This document shows, piece after piece, positions 25,264 to 36,924 of a stretch of DNA of 48,697 nt. Each line of letters starts with the position of its first letter. Position 1 is the first letter of the stretch. The stretch is from Octopus bimaculoides (taxonomy: Eukaryota). Both the position numbers and the translations under genes were made by a program. The stretch is from contig NC_068982.1 in the NCBI RefSeq assembly GCF_001194135.2, forward strand, positions 114,399,225-114,447,921, in the 5' to 3' direction. The notes beneath the pieces are model-generated. The model had not been told where the DNA came from. It saw nothing but the letters and a program-made list of their open reading frames with translations, and did not search any database.

Positions 25264-25447
25264 GCAGAATTGTTAGCAGGCTGGACGAAATGCTTAGCGG
25301 TATTTCGCCCATCACTACGTTCTGAGTTCAGATTCCGCTGAGGTCGACATTCCTTTTATCCTGTCGGGGTCGATAAATTACACTGGGGTTGATGTAATTG
25401 ACTAGTCCCCTCCCAACAAATTTCAAGCCTTGTACCTTTAGTACAAA
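25262..25447 (+). mobile_element. Family A SINE
   Basis: GGCAGAATTGTTAGC...GAAATGCTTAGCGGTATTTCG...TTCTGAGTTCAGATTCCGCTGAGGTCGAC...GGGGTCGATAAATT...CCCCTCCCAACAAATTTCAAGCCTTGT. Confidence 0.85.
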
Positions 25448-25895
25448 GGCGAAGATATTGTTTTCAGTCGTGTTTGTTTGTTTGTTTATCCGTAGATAAG
25501 ATATCTCGAGAACCGCTAGATGGATTTGGATGAAACTTTTAGTGATGTTTGGCTTCGTGACTGGCACGAACTGATTAGATTTTAGGATCAATCCGGTACC
25601 AGACAAGGATTCTTGATAATTTTTTTTAATATTTACTTCAAAAAATTACGATCTTATGTTGACTTTTAAGTTTTTCTCAATTATCTCCCTTTAGGCTGTT
25701 TCCAAAGTTATTTTCGTTTCTCTATTATTAATTTTACTCGTGTCTCTATCTTTGTAGAAACTGATGGTTAAAAAAATCAAACTACATAAACAAAGTGCAG
25801 CAAAACCATTCAGAAAATAAATAACACTAACATATTTTTATAATATATCTATTATATATTATACATATATATTAACAATATATAACAATATGCAT

Positions 25896-26077
25896 GGTGT
25901 GCGCGGTACCTAGTAGTGCTATTTATTTTCTGTATACTATATATACTTGTAAGTCTTGGAGTTTTTGTTATGTATTTATCTGGATGTTTTTTTTTAATCA
26001 TTCCTAATGCGTCTACTATAATAATCTGCGTGTATTGGCATATCCCAATGTATTATTGCTTTTTCATTTTCTGAGAC
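25896..26077 (-). mobile_element. Local duplicate of the Dong remnant segment at 26654-26833
   Basis: Differs by 3 substitutions and a 2-nt T-run difference over ~180 bp, and carries the same internal deletion junction. Confidence 0.9.
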
Positions 26078-26269
26078 TTACATATATACATACATTTATA
26101 CATCGATCTAAAACAACAGGAGTAATAAAGGAAGGCTGGAATTTATGAGAAGAGAAAACCAAAAAGCACATGCTCTTCATTTAGAAATTGCTGAGTAGAA
26201 CTTACTATTATCTTCGCCTTTGAAAATAATTTTGAATGATGAATTTGTTAACCTTGGCTAACTCGTGAT

Positions 26270-26472
26270 CAGAGATGCATATATCGTCAGCCACTAAGGG
26301 ACATCCTCAACTGGTTAAGCTCAAATAACTGACATGCAAATCTGTGGTATTGAGCAAAATATTTACTGTAGCCCATCTTTTATACCATGACAAAACAATA
26401 TACATGATAACACTTCCAATCAGTTAAGATCAGAAGCCATGAGAGCCACTGCCTGGTACTGCATCAGTGCAT
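26270..26472 (+). mobile_element. Putative retroelement 3' end terminating in an (ATT)n tail, family unassigned
   Basis: ...CAGTTAAGATCAGAAGCCATGAGAGCCACTGCCTGGTACTGCATCAGTGCATTT runs directly into (ATT)n. I recall it as a common Octopus repeat, but there is no second copy in this window. Confidence 0.35.
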
Positions 26473-26481
26473 TTATTATTA

Positions 26482-26531
<50 letters not shown>
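26473..26531. repeat. (ATT)n/(TAA)n microsatellite
   Basis: Direct. Confidence 0.95.
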
Positions 26532-26534
<3 letters not shown>

Positions 26535-26996
26535 TGGTATTTTTTTATCACGTGCTTTCACTGCACTACCGACCGCAGCTCTGTGTGCCTTGGGTGTGTG
26601 CTCCGGTTAGTTGTGGCGCTTTATTTTCACTTTATTGAAATTGTTTTACGTAGGGTGTGCGCGGTACCTAGTAGTGCTATTTATTTTCTCTATACTATAT
26701 ATACTTGTAAGTCTTGGAGTTTTTGTTATGTATTTATCTGAATGTTTTTTTAATCATTCTTAATGCGTCTACTATAATAATCTGCGTGTATTGGCATATC
26801 CCAATGTATTATTGCTTTTTCATTTTCTGAGACCTTTTCTGGGGTGTGCCTATGCCATCTTCTTTTTTATTGTCAGTCCATAGTGTTGGCATAAGTTCCA
26901 GTGTATATAGTTCCCAACTTTGTTATGTCTGTGAATATATTCCTTCTTAGCCAGGACTGGGCAGCCTGAGACCATATGATTTGTCGTTTCTTCCCC
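26532..26996 (-). mobile_element. R4/Dong-clade non-LTR retrotransposon 3' remnant, (TAA)n-tailed, with the endonuclease core deleted
   Basis: The minus strand gives ETTNHMVSGCPVLAKKEYIHRHNKVGNYIHWNLCQHYG (end of the CCHC knuckle), then PEKVSENEKAIIHWDMPIHA. It then jumps to IIVDALRMIKKHSDKYITKTPRLTSIY...IALLGTAHTLRKT, followed by a 3' UTR ending in (AAT)n. Confidence 0.85.
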
Positions 26997-27015
26997 CATC
27001 ATCATATATTCTAAT

Positions 27016-27222
27016 GTGGCGAGAAGGCAGAATCGTTAGCGCATCGAAGAAAATTCTTTGTAGTACTTATTCCGGTTGTGTTATGTTCCGATGAAGTCGA
27101 TTTTTCATCCTTTCAGAGTCGATAAAATAAGTATCAGTTGAAATCTGGGATCAATGTAATCGGCTTGCTCCCTCTCCCAAAATTTCAAACCTTATGCCTA
27201 TAGTAGAAAGGATTATTATTTA
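27016..27222 (+). mobile_element. Diverged family A SINE
   Basis: GTGGCGAGAAGGCAGAATCGTTAGC...TTTTCATCCTTTCAGAGTCGATAAAATAAGTATCAG...CCCTCTCCCAAAATTTCAAACCTTATGCCTATAGTAGAAAGGATTATT. Confidence 0.8.
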
Positions 27223-28071
27223 TATTATGGATCTACAAGTGTCGCTAAAATTGAAAACTTCTAAATAATCATATATTGAATGGCATCATTCTTCAAAATG
27301 ATGGATGAAATCATTTATGAATTTCTTACACGAGGATTTTGCTCACTGTATTAAAAATAAAATGCAATACTTTGATTTTAGTCATAAGATGAGACTAACA
27401 AACAATTCTTATATTTGATAGTGCACATTGTCCACATGCGTTATTATTGTATGCAAACACTTAGACACTTGCAGCATCAATATCGGCCCGCTGAAAAGTT
27501 TAATGATTGGAACATTATTTACAAACTCTTGAAAGATTTTATATGCAATTTTCAATATTCCAGGAGTTTTTGTTTTGTTTTTTAATCACAATATTCATAT
27601 CACCATTCCGTGTTATATCAAGATTTCTTTGTTTTCCAACACTAGTTATCGGTTATTCCTATTTCTCGTTCGCCTTGAAGCAATATGAAGCATACCTCTT
27701 ATCCCAGGCCACTCTGAATATAATTTTTCCATTTTCACTGTTTACCATTAGGGCAGTGAGATGAACACCCTAGTTTATTTTATGCCTGTCATCATTTACT
27801 CCCTGTGTCTTGTATGATAGCCTTCTACCTCCACGCTATCACTTTACCGGACCAGCAAATATGCATTGCTAATTATTGTATATTTATTATTGGTCTTCTT
27901 ATCTTCATGGATGGGTTTTGCTTCTTCACTATATCCTTATATTCTTCTCCCACTCCTCATGCCGTAATAATTGTAATTGCCTTCTATAGAGTATTTGGTC
28001 GGCCAAGGACATCATAGCTCTTTATCTACAGCTTGGGACATCATAGTGGCAGTATTGGGGAGGGGTGGGAA

Positions 28072-28287
28072 GGCGGCGAGCTCGCAGAAACGTTAGCACG
28101 CCTGGCGAAATGCTTAGCGGTATTTCGTCTGTTTTTACGTCCTGAGTTCAAATTCCACCGAGGTCGACTTTACCTTTCATCCTTTCGGGATCAATAAATT
28201 AAGTATCAGTTGTGTACTGGGGTCGAACTAATCGACTGGCCCCCTGCCCAAAAATTTCGGGTCTTGTGCCGAGACTAGAAAAGTATT
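28072..28287 (+). mobile_element. Full-length family A SINE with a probable ~17-bp diverged target-site duplication
   Basis: GGCGGCGAGCTCGCAGAAACGTTAGC...CTGAGTTCAAATTCCACCGAGG. Flanks are AGTATTGGGGAGGGGTG (28051-28067) and AGTATTGGAGATGGGTG (from ~28282), matching at 15/17. Confidence 0.9.
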
Positions 28288-28711
28288 GGAGATGGGTGAA
28301 TACCGTTACTAAATCTACAAGTTTCCACATACTTAAGAATTCAGAAAACAGAATTGAAATCTTTTATTGACTTTAGAAATTATATAATTTCTAATAAAGT
28401 TAAATGGAAATATTTATTACAAAAAATGTCTCTTCATTTGTTCGTAAGTCCCACTTTGCAATTCTCTTTTGCGATATCGATAAAATAAGTACATGTTGAT
28501 TGAATAAGTACAACGATTGACGTAACTGAGTATACCGTAAAAGGTAGTATTTCAGCAAGACCACCGTGTACTGACTGGAATATTTTTTTTTAATGAAAGA
28601 ATATTTGTCAGCGTAAAATGGATAGATCTCTTGTTATAATTAGAAAATATAATATTATAAGTAAAACAAAAACACGTGGATCGACATCAAACATCAACAT
28701 TGTGGTTACTT

Positions 28712-28756
28712 TAGATATATGAAGACTAGATATATGAAGACTTTGGATATATGATC
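28712..28756. repeat. 15-bp tandem repeat (TAGATATATGAAGAC) x2 plus one degenerate unit
   Basis: Direct. Confidence 0.8.
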
Positions 28757-29932
28757 AAGTAATACAACTTGAGAAACAGGCAAATATAAGTTATTAATGA
28801 ATCGGTCGTTGTTAACTTAGTTTTAAGGTAGGTTTGAAATGTATTGTTTCTAAACGTTACAGAACGTTTAAATTTATTTTATGCCAAATATAAAATGAGA
28901 AGTAACATTCAGGATATTTAGGTTGAAAAATAGTTTCTCGTCAAGATATATACTAGCTATAACAAAGTATAATCGAATGTTTTTGGTAACAGAATAGTTC
29001 TTAACAAACGATATATGTATGTATTCCTTAATATCAGAAGTAACATTGTCGAAAATCCATCTCCTTTAAAATGGGTCACCCGATTATATTCCATCACATA
29101 GCTCTTGGCTGTCTTTAGTGGAGTTTACTCTTTTGTAAGGATCCTCCAGTTTGAAAATAATTTCCTTCGTTTCTCCAACCCAGGAAAAGTTTTATAAACG
29201 CTACTTATCCTCCTCCTACTAAGCGAGAAAAAATTCAAATTCCTTCTTATAATAGATTTTCTAGCTTTTATCATTATTGACTTAACTTTGTGCACAAGGT
29301 AGAATTTATAAAAGAATCTGTTTCAGTTATAAAAAAAAAAAAAAAGACACTAACATACAGTGATACTCTGAAAGATCTATCTGATGATCCTCACATTTTA
29401 TTGACTTTTATCTTCACGACTCACCAATTAATCAAAGAAATATATATATTTATGACTAGTTTCTCCAAGATTTTTAAACCTCCACAGACTTTACAATAAA
29501 TATTAAACCATTTTCATGTCACTTTAATTATCCATCTTTTGTCGTTTCACTTATTTAAAGAACACCAGCGATAATTGTAAATATATATTACAGAACAAAA
29601 ACTGAATAATCGTTTAGAGCTATCAAAGCCAAACCTCTCGCTTGCCTGAACAATACGACTTGGGTTTTTGATGCTTTTGATAGAGTTCACTGTGTTATAG
29701 ACTCCGTTTTTCCTGCAAGCATTAAACTACAGACGTTCCGACTGAGCACCAGCCGCTTCAATGTCACCAGTCTAAGCATGCATACAAAGGTCGTATTCAC
29801 AGTCTATCCTCCTATTAAAAAAAGCAATTCATTTGTAATAGGGGACCATCAACCATTGAACATTTGAATGCACGATGACAATTTTTATAAAACATTTAAT
29901 CATTGAACCGAAACCGTTGAACCGATCTTTCT

Positions 29933-29985
29933 TTTTCTGCCCACAAAGGTTTTTCTGCCCACAAAGGTTTTTCTGACCACAAAGA
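29933..29985. repeat. 18-bp tandem repeat (TTTTCTGCCCACAAAGGT) x3
   Basis: Direct. Confidence 0.9.
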
Positions 29986-31849
29986 GTTTATCCAATTACA
30001 CATGCAATGTCAGCTTAAGCATCGATTTACTCTACAGTACAATTATAGAATCAATTCTTACAAATAATAAAACACCAATCTTCCTTAATTTTTCCTTTAA
30101 TTTTTTTTTTCATTCATTCGCCGTTCAAAATTTAGTTGTTTATGTCTTGTTTTTTTGTTTGGTTTTTTTTTTCTTCAAAATAGGCTACAGTTATACATCA
30201 TGTTTCCTCTTTTCCGATCAATAATTTCGGTTTTCAATCATGACATCACAGAGTGTATCAGTGTATGCAAATGTAAGAAATTAGATGTCAGATACAGTTA
30301 TGTACATATGCAAACATATCACTTTCTCACACAAAAGATAAACAAACGTCTGTATACTTTTAACAAACATATGCTGAACCACTGACATTATGATATCATC
30401 ATATCATCATGTTTCCTGAATGTTCAATAAATAACAAAATCTAAAATTGTCGCTTGCAACTATTTAACTCTTTTTCTCTCTTTATTGGTTTACGATTTTC
30501 ACTTTATATTTTTCATACACGCTTTTTTATTTATTTATCCGTCTTTTTTCTGATCTGATTGTTTCCCATTCCAACTAATTAACGAATCATGAAGTCTGCT
30601 TAATTAATCCTGCGAGCTATAATATTCGATTGGTAACTTTTTCCTTCCTGCCATTTCAATAAAATGAAATAACTCTATTACTTAACACATTATCAAATTA
30701 CTTTCGGTAGTTTTACCTCTATCTGTGTGAGCTTTTGTATGTGGCCTTGGAAGAGTATACGAATATGTGCATGTGAATATGTAATTGTGTCTGTATATTC
30801 TGTATATTCTGTATATTCTTTTTTTTTTTTTCATTTTGCTTAATTATTTCCACGCGTTGTTCTATCAATGAAAACTTAGTACCCATCTGTCTGTTTGTCA
30901 GTCGCTGTTTGTTATCTACATGTACTGCCCTGACTATATGTTTGCTGCACTTTAATTACATTCAGTCTCAGCCTTGACATGTTACTAACAACATGTGAAA
31001 TGAACGTTTTGGGTTTTTTCTTCATTACTTATTGTTGTTTTGTTTTGTTATTTCCTTGTTGTCTCCTTAGAAAATAACCATGTTGAAAGTGTGTGGCTCG
31101 TTACTCGATGTCAATGCGATGTACAGGAAAGTAATGATTGGAAGTTACATAGAAACTATTGTACGTTTATAATTAGATACCCAGTTGGAAGGGAAACAGA
31201 TGTTTAATTTAGGGAAGTAAAAGAATTCATTTCTTTATTAGGCTGCAGAGAGAAAAATTACATATATATTCCTCTTTCTTAGCTATTCGATTTTATCTAT
31301 ATTTTTGCGATTTTTTTCTTTCGAGCTGTAATCAAAGTCACAGTGATAGCATAAGTTTAATAAATCTTCAGAATCTCAAATTTTAAAGCTAACTACAAAA
31401 GGCGTCCATGTACTCTTTGATCAGAGAGAAGGTCGAAGCAATGTATCACGTTAAATACTCAAATTTACCAAAATTCCGATCAGTTTCCAATTGTGCTTAA
31501 GTTAGCAAAACATCTGACTAGTTAGGAAATAGCTGAAGAAATGCTTCAGAATTTTAAAAATAGAAATGTTAATCAGTTTCTATTTCGCAGTGATATACAG
31601 TGGATCCAATACTTCATGTGATTTCACCGTTGTAGTTGTTGTCAGTAAGAACAAAAACACTGATGTTGTTCAGTAGAAGAAATTTAACATTTTCTTTTTC
31701 TGTAACACATTACAGGAGGAATGGAGGATAAATGATTAGCATTTGATTTTATGGCAACGAAACGAGTATAATTATATATCTGTATATGTCGTTGCGATTA
31801 TAAATGTACATATACATTCATGCATACATATAAAGCCCATAACGTTTTC

Positions 31850-33725
31850 TGTGAGAAGACTGTAAACGACATGAACACAAGCAAGACAAACAGAGCAATA
31901 ATGAAAAAATCGCGGTCATTATATGAGCACGCGGCAACTGTTTATGATCTCGCAAAAACAAGTGAGGAATATGAAAAACTAAAAATCACAGCTTATATTG
32001 AGATTTAAGCAGGGCTTCATTGTTTAAATACATAAGTCACTGCATGAAAGAACAACTCCAACACGAGTTGGGAAAAACCCCATCTGGATGTTCGATGAGA
32101 TCGACGAAATTACGAGAACAATCTGCTCACATTCAAACTCCCAGCTTTTTCACTATACGTTTTGTGCGTTATTGTGCAGCGGAAACTGTACGCCAACAGA
32201 TGGAAGCAAAAGAGACCGATCCGAGCAATAACATTGAGCCAAAATGGATTACCTCCCTCCAAAATAACATCAATGGACTCAGGAAAAGATTGGACAGTTG
32301 GACACTATCACCAAACGCCAAGTTAGAATGAATTCACGAATTACCAACTACGTAGATTCTTCAAATCATGTGCGAGCTATTACCAAGAAACACTCACAAG
32401 TAAACTGATCGCCCAAAAACACGATCAACAATTAATAAGTGAAAAGCTTCGTTACTTGCCTTCAAATTACTTGAACGCAAGGCGATAAACTGAAAGTTTG
32501 CTCGAAACCCACAAGCTGTATATCGCATTATGAAATATCATACCATCAAGGTAGTAAATATTACCTCCAGGAGGAGGAGCCAGAGTCATACTGATGGGGG
32601 GTATTTGGGATGTAAACAAAGAAGAAAATCGCAATGCAGCATAGTTAAACGAACTATGAAGTGAGTGTTGCGTAACTGCCCCTCTCAAAATATATAGCAT
32701 CACCAGTGAAACCTTCCTGTCGGTTATTACAAAACTGTCGAATGGAAAATTACATGGAAAAGGCTAGATAGTAAGCTATTGGTAGAAAAAGCACACGTTC
32801 TGCAGGGAATTTCTCATGACCCCCCTTTAAAAAAACAGAAACAATGGACGCTGAACTAGCTACACCTGATTGATTGACGGTTGCATGGAATATTTCTGTC
32901 TTCAAAAATAGAGAGACCCACATTGCCAGAAACTTTAAGCCTATAGCATATTTGAATGCCATTTCCAAACTATACACAGGTTGTTTGAATAAGTTTGTGC
33001 AAGTCTATTGCCAAACAAATGGTGTGATAACTGATTAACAGGCAGGATGAAAGAAAGGAGTCTGGAGCTAAGCTGAACAGCTCCTCATTAATAAAAGTGT
33101 CTTTAAGGAAGTCAAGTAATATCACCGTAATCTCTTAAAAATATGGCTCGACTACAAGGTGTTCGTTTCTATGCCTCACTTGTGGATGTTAGAATCATTA
33201 CTCTTTATCAAAGTACCAACTGCGATAGTTAATATTGAAAAATTTACAACATAGTCCACACAGTTATCACTAACAGATAGTGAAGTAACACCTATTGTTA
33301 CAAAGAGAATTAGGTTGGCAATGGGCGTAATCCAGAGTGATGGTTTATCTGCAATTTTGTTTGTACTAGCAGTGAACATTTTATTAGCCCTGTTAACGAA
33401 ATGCTAAAGCTACATCCAGGAAAACGCAGTAAGAAATAAACTAACATAACCCATAAATTTTTTGCTGATGACCTAAAGTTATATTCTGGTAACATAAATA
33501 GCATCAAGAGACGATTAGAATTAGTCACCCCTTTCTCACGGCACGGACATAGGAATAGAATTTGAGCAAGATAGATGCTCTTACATGATAGTCACCCGAG
33601 GAAAGGTTGTCGACAAGCGAGGGAGCATGAACAACAATGGCTTGTCTATTATCTTCTCTGTCTCGAATGATGAAAACTATAAGCCTCAGAATAGATGAAA
33701 ATTGACGCTGTGAGTACTTCTGCTG
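31850..33725 (+). mobile_element. Decayed R4/Dong-clade retrotransposon: N-terminal region plus reverse transcriptase
   Basis: Frameshifted translation gives EPKWITSLQNNINGLRK, RNPQAVYR..MK, RETHIARNFKPIAYLNAISKLYTGCLNK, QAG.KKGVWS.AEQLLINKSV, WLDYK..., GVIQSDGLSAILFVLAVN, FADDLKLYS (33461-33487) and DIGIEFEQDRC. These are RT motifs in the R4/Dong style. Confidence 0.85.
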
Positions 33726-33793
33726 ACTCCAGAAAATATAGAACTCAGACTGTCTGCATATAACAAGATCATTTAAACCCCTTTGGGGTTGAA

Positions 33794-33858
33794 GACTGCC
33801 TGTGGGACTCGAACCCACATCTTCTGTAAACATGACTGATGCTCTTCCATTGCACTGG
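33794..33858 (-). pseudogene. tRNA-Thr(TGT)-like pseudogene or SINE head
   Basis: Reverse complement: CCAGTGCAATGGAAGAGCA TCAGT CATGTTT ACAGA AGAT GTGGG TTCGAGT CCCAC AGGCAGTC. The T-arm is perfect, the anticodon stem pairs 4/5 with TGT central, and there is an A-box-like motif. The acceptor stem is not intact. Confidence 0.6.
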
Positions 33859-33932
33859 TTTGATGTGTCTAGTACTGCTAATAAACACTTGTTGATGTGT
33901 CTAGTACTGCTAATATATTATCGTCCCTTACT

Positions 33933-34092
33933 TTCTGGGTTCAAATTCCGCCGATACATTCTGAGTTCAAATTCCGCCGAGTTCGACCTTGCCTTTCATC
34001 CTTTCAGAGTCCCAGTTGCGTAGTGGATCGATATAATCGATAAGCCCCTCCCCAAAAATTTCGAGCCTCGTGCCTAGAGTAGAAAAGAATAT
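33933..34092 (+). mobile_element. 5'-truncated family A SINE with a duplicated B-box segment
   Basis: TTCTG(G/A)GTTCAAATTCCGCCGA at 33933-33954 and 33959-33980, then the family A body and tail. Confidence 0.85.
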
Positions 34093-35982
34093 ATTATCGT
34101 CCTTGATTTACTGGTTTATTTCGAATAGTTTAATCACACCTAATCTGGTTTGTCGGTCTTTTTTGGCCTGTTCCTCCATTGATATTATTCGGGGATGGTT
34201 TACGGAAGAATTGCCTTTTGTTGTAATTCAGATTTCTACGATTTATTGACAACGTAGCTGCTCTTGACAATGTATGCACATGGATTTTGCTGCATTACTC
34301 CTCAGGCTGCTTTTTTTTTTTTTTTCACCGGGATCTTGAAATATTTTGTTAAGAAAAACTGATTTCTTCTATTGTTGTCAAGTTGGGCATTTTTAAAGAG
34401 TACATTTGTTTCTACATTTTGTCGTTAGTTTTCAATTTCCCATAATAATTTTAATATACCTGTAGCTATGAAAAATTTTCGATTCCAATATTCTGCTTGA
34501 TATTTGCTCCTTTTTACCATAAGTTAAAAAAATTCTAGGTGTCATTCTATTCGTTCATTTAGTGATTTCTTTTTACATCNNNNNNNNNNNNNNNNNNNNN
34601 NNNNNNNNNNNNNNNNNNNNNNNNNNNNNNNNNNNNNNNNNNNNNNNNNNNNNNNNNNNNNNNNNNNNNNNNNNNNNNNNNNNNNNNNNNNNNNNNNNNN
34701 NNNNNNNNNNNNNNNNNNNNNNNNNNNNNNNNNNNNNNNNNNNNNNNNNNNNNNNNNNNNNNNNNNNNNNNNNNNNNNNNNNNNNNNNNNNNNNNNNNNN
34801 NNNNNNNNNNNNNNNNNNNNNNNNNNNNNNNNNNNNNNNNNNNNNNNNNNNNNNNNNNNNNNNNNNNNNNNNNNNNNNNNNNNNNNNNNNNNNNNNNNNN
34901 NNNNNNNNNNNNNNNNNNNNNNNNNNNNNNNNNNNNNNNNNNNNNNNNNNNNNNNNNNNNNNNNNNNNNNNNNNNNNNNNNNNNNNNNNNNNNNNNNNNN
35001 NNNNNNNNNNNNNNNNNNNNNNNNNNTATATATATATATATATATAAGTATGCATGTGTTTATATATGTGTGTATGTGTGTATACATGCCAGATTTTCGT
35101 CGTTTCTAGATGCAATCCAGTACTCTGTTTCCTTTAATTTAATTTAATCTACATCTTCATTCTTATATACCTCGTTTTCAAAATTAATTTCCATTTATTA
35201 TTTAAACATATCCTGTACATTTAAACGTTGTGTTTCAATAGATACCACAGTCGTCATATTTAGTGTTTCTGCAGTATCTGCAATTTGTTTCAATGTTTAG
35301 TCGTTAAATTTCTCAAAAATCTAATATAAATACATCCAGTTCTGCTAACAATTTTGGTAACCTCATTCTAGCCTTGTACTAACCGTTTAAATTCTTAAAA
35401 TGAAATATAGTTCTTGATATAGTCACGATATTTGCAAAGAAAAGAAGGTATAATGACATTTTAGAATTTTTTAAACTATAAAAAATATCTTCAATAGAAT
35501 TACAGTTTTCGTGAATAATATTATGGAAACTGTTAGCGCTTTTATTCGCCACGTCGTCACCTTAATCTGTAACTTTGTAGTGTCATAACGATAGATACCT
35601 ATGGCGTTCACGTCATGGCTACTATATTTGATAGTGTTTTTCTATTTATATTTATCAATATATATTAATAAATCTTCCTAGGAAGTTCCTCCTATTTTAC
35701 TTTTGCAGTATTAAGTAAATTGCTCAAGATCACTGCATGGTCGACATCTAATGTCACCCTCACGTCTTAGAACATAACATTTTGGAAAATGTTTTGGACT
35801 ACCTGCACTTAGTGGGTAAAATAAGCTTATTCAAAGCTGGAATATTTTGATCGTAAATATGTTCTATCGGAGCTTCCTGGGGTTAAACAACAGCAACAAC
35901 AAACATAGTTTAAGAAACTATCATATATATCTTAAATATTTTACACACGTCTGTGTATGCGTATGTATGTATGTATGTATGT

Positions 35983-36800
35983 TTCTTCTATTTTTTAATT
36001 ATTACAAATCTTTCACTGAGGAGGGAGCTGGTTTTCAACAACGATACAAGGCTCCATCTCTGAGATGTAGTTAGCACAGACAAATTCACATTTAGGACTT
36101 GAGAAAAGTCTTGCATATTTTTACTGTTCCACTCACAGATTGCTCTTGTAATGTACGAATTAGCCGGTCGATTTCTCTTTCTGAAAATTCCAGTTTATCC
36201 AGATTCTTCTTTAAACATTTACTAACAAAACCTAGTGCTCCAATTATTATTGGTATGAATATGAATTCATAGTCTGGATATAGAAGCTGGAGGTTTCAAG
36301 CAGTTGTCCATAGATATCCTCTTTTTCTTTAATTTTCAAAGATATTTATATCTGCAGGGGAGCTGACCTCTATGATGGTATATACCTCTGCCCCTCTGTC
36401 CCAAATAACAATATCTGACCTGTTATGTTTACATTTGACAGAAGTTTTGATGATGATATTCCACAAGTAATCCTTGAGTTGATGTTTATGAATGTATTCC
36501 TTAACAGAGGGATTTTCTAAGTTTATTTCAGGACAGTCTTTTCTCGGATGGTATTGTAAATTGCTTTAGCAATAAAATCGTGCTGCATAGGGAGATAGTA
36601 CCGTGATGACAATTTAGGACAGCTGCTAATCCCATGCGTGATGTCTTCCACAGAAACATGACAGCCTGCACATGCAGTTGCACCTTGGGATTACAAGAGC
36701 GTCACTATCTCTCTTGTTCACCAGGTATTTTGTGGCAATTTGTTGTTCCTGGATTGCAAATACATAGCCTTGAAAGTGTAATGTGATGTAGTGGTCTTGT
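35983..36800 (-). mobile_element. R4/Dong-clade 3' remnant (CCHC knuckle, restriction-like endonuclease, 3' UTR), (CATA)n-tailed
   Basis: Minus strand: QGYVFAIQEQQIATKYL..., CRL../VEDITHGISSCPKLSSRYYLPMQHDFIAKAIYN, WNIIIKTSVKCKHNRSDIVIWD...IIEVSSPADI, LYPDYEFIFIPIIIGALGFV...SGTVKICKTFLKS* (stop 36092-36094). The ~110-nt 3' UTR ends in CATACATACATAC. Confidence 0.88.
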
Positions 36801-36924
36801 GTTCAAGAGAGGCTGCGCTTCGTGTTAATTCTACTGTCTGTCTTCTTCAAGCTTCCGAGCAACATACCCATGCATAGCCTTTTTTTTTTTGTATGCTGAA
36901 TACTTTCCATCCAGGTCTTCTCTG

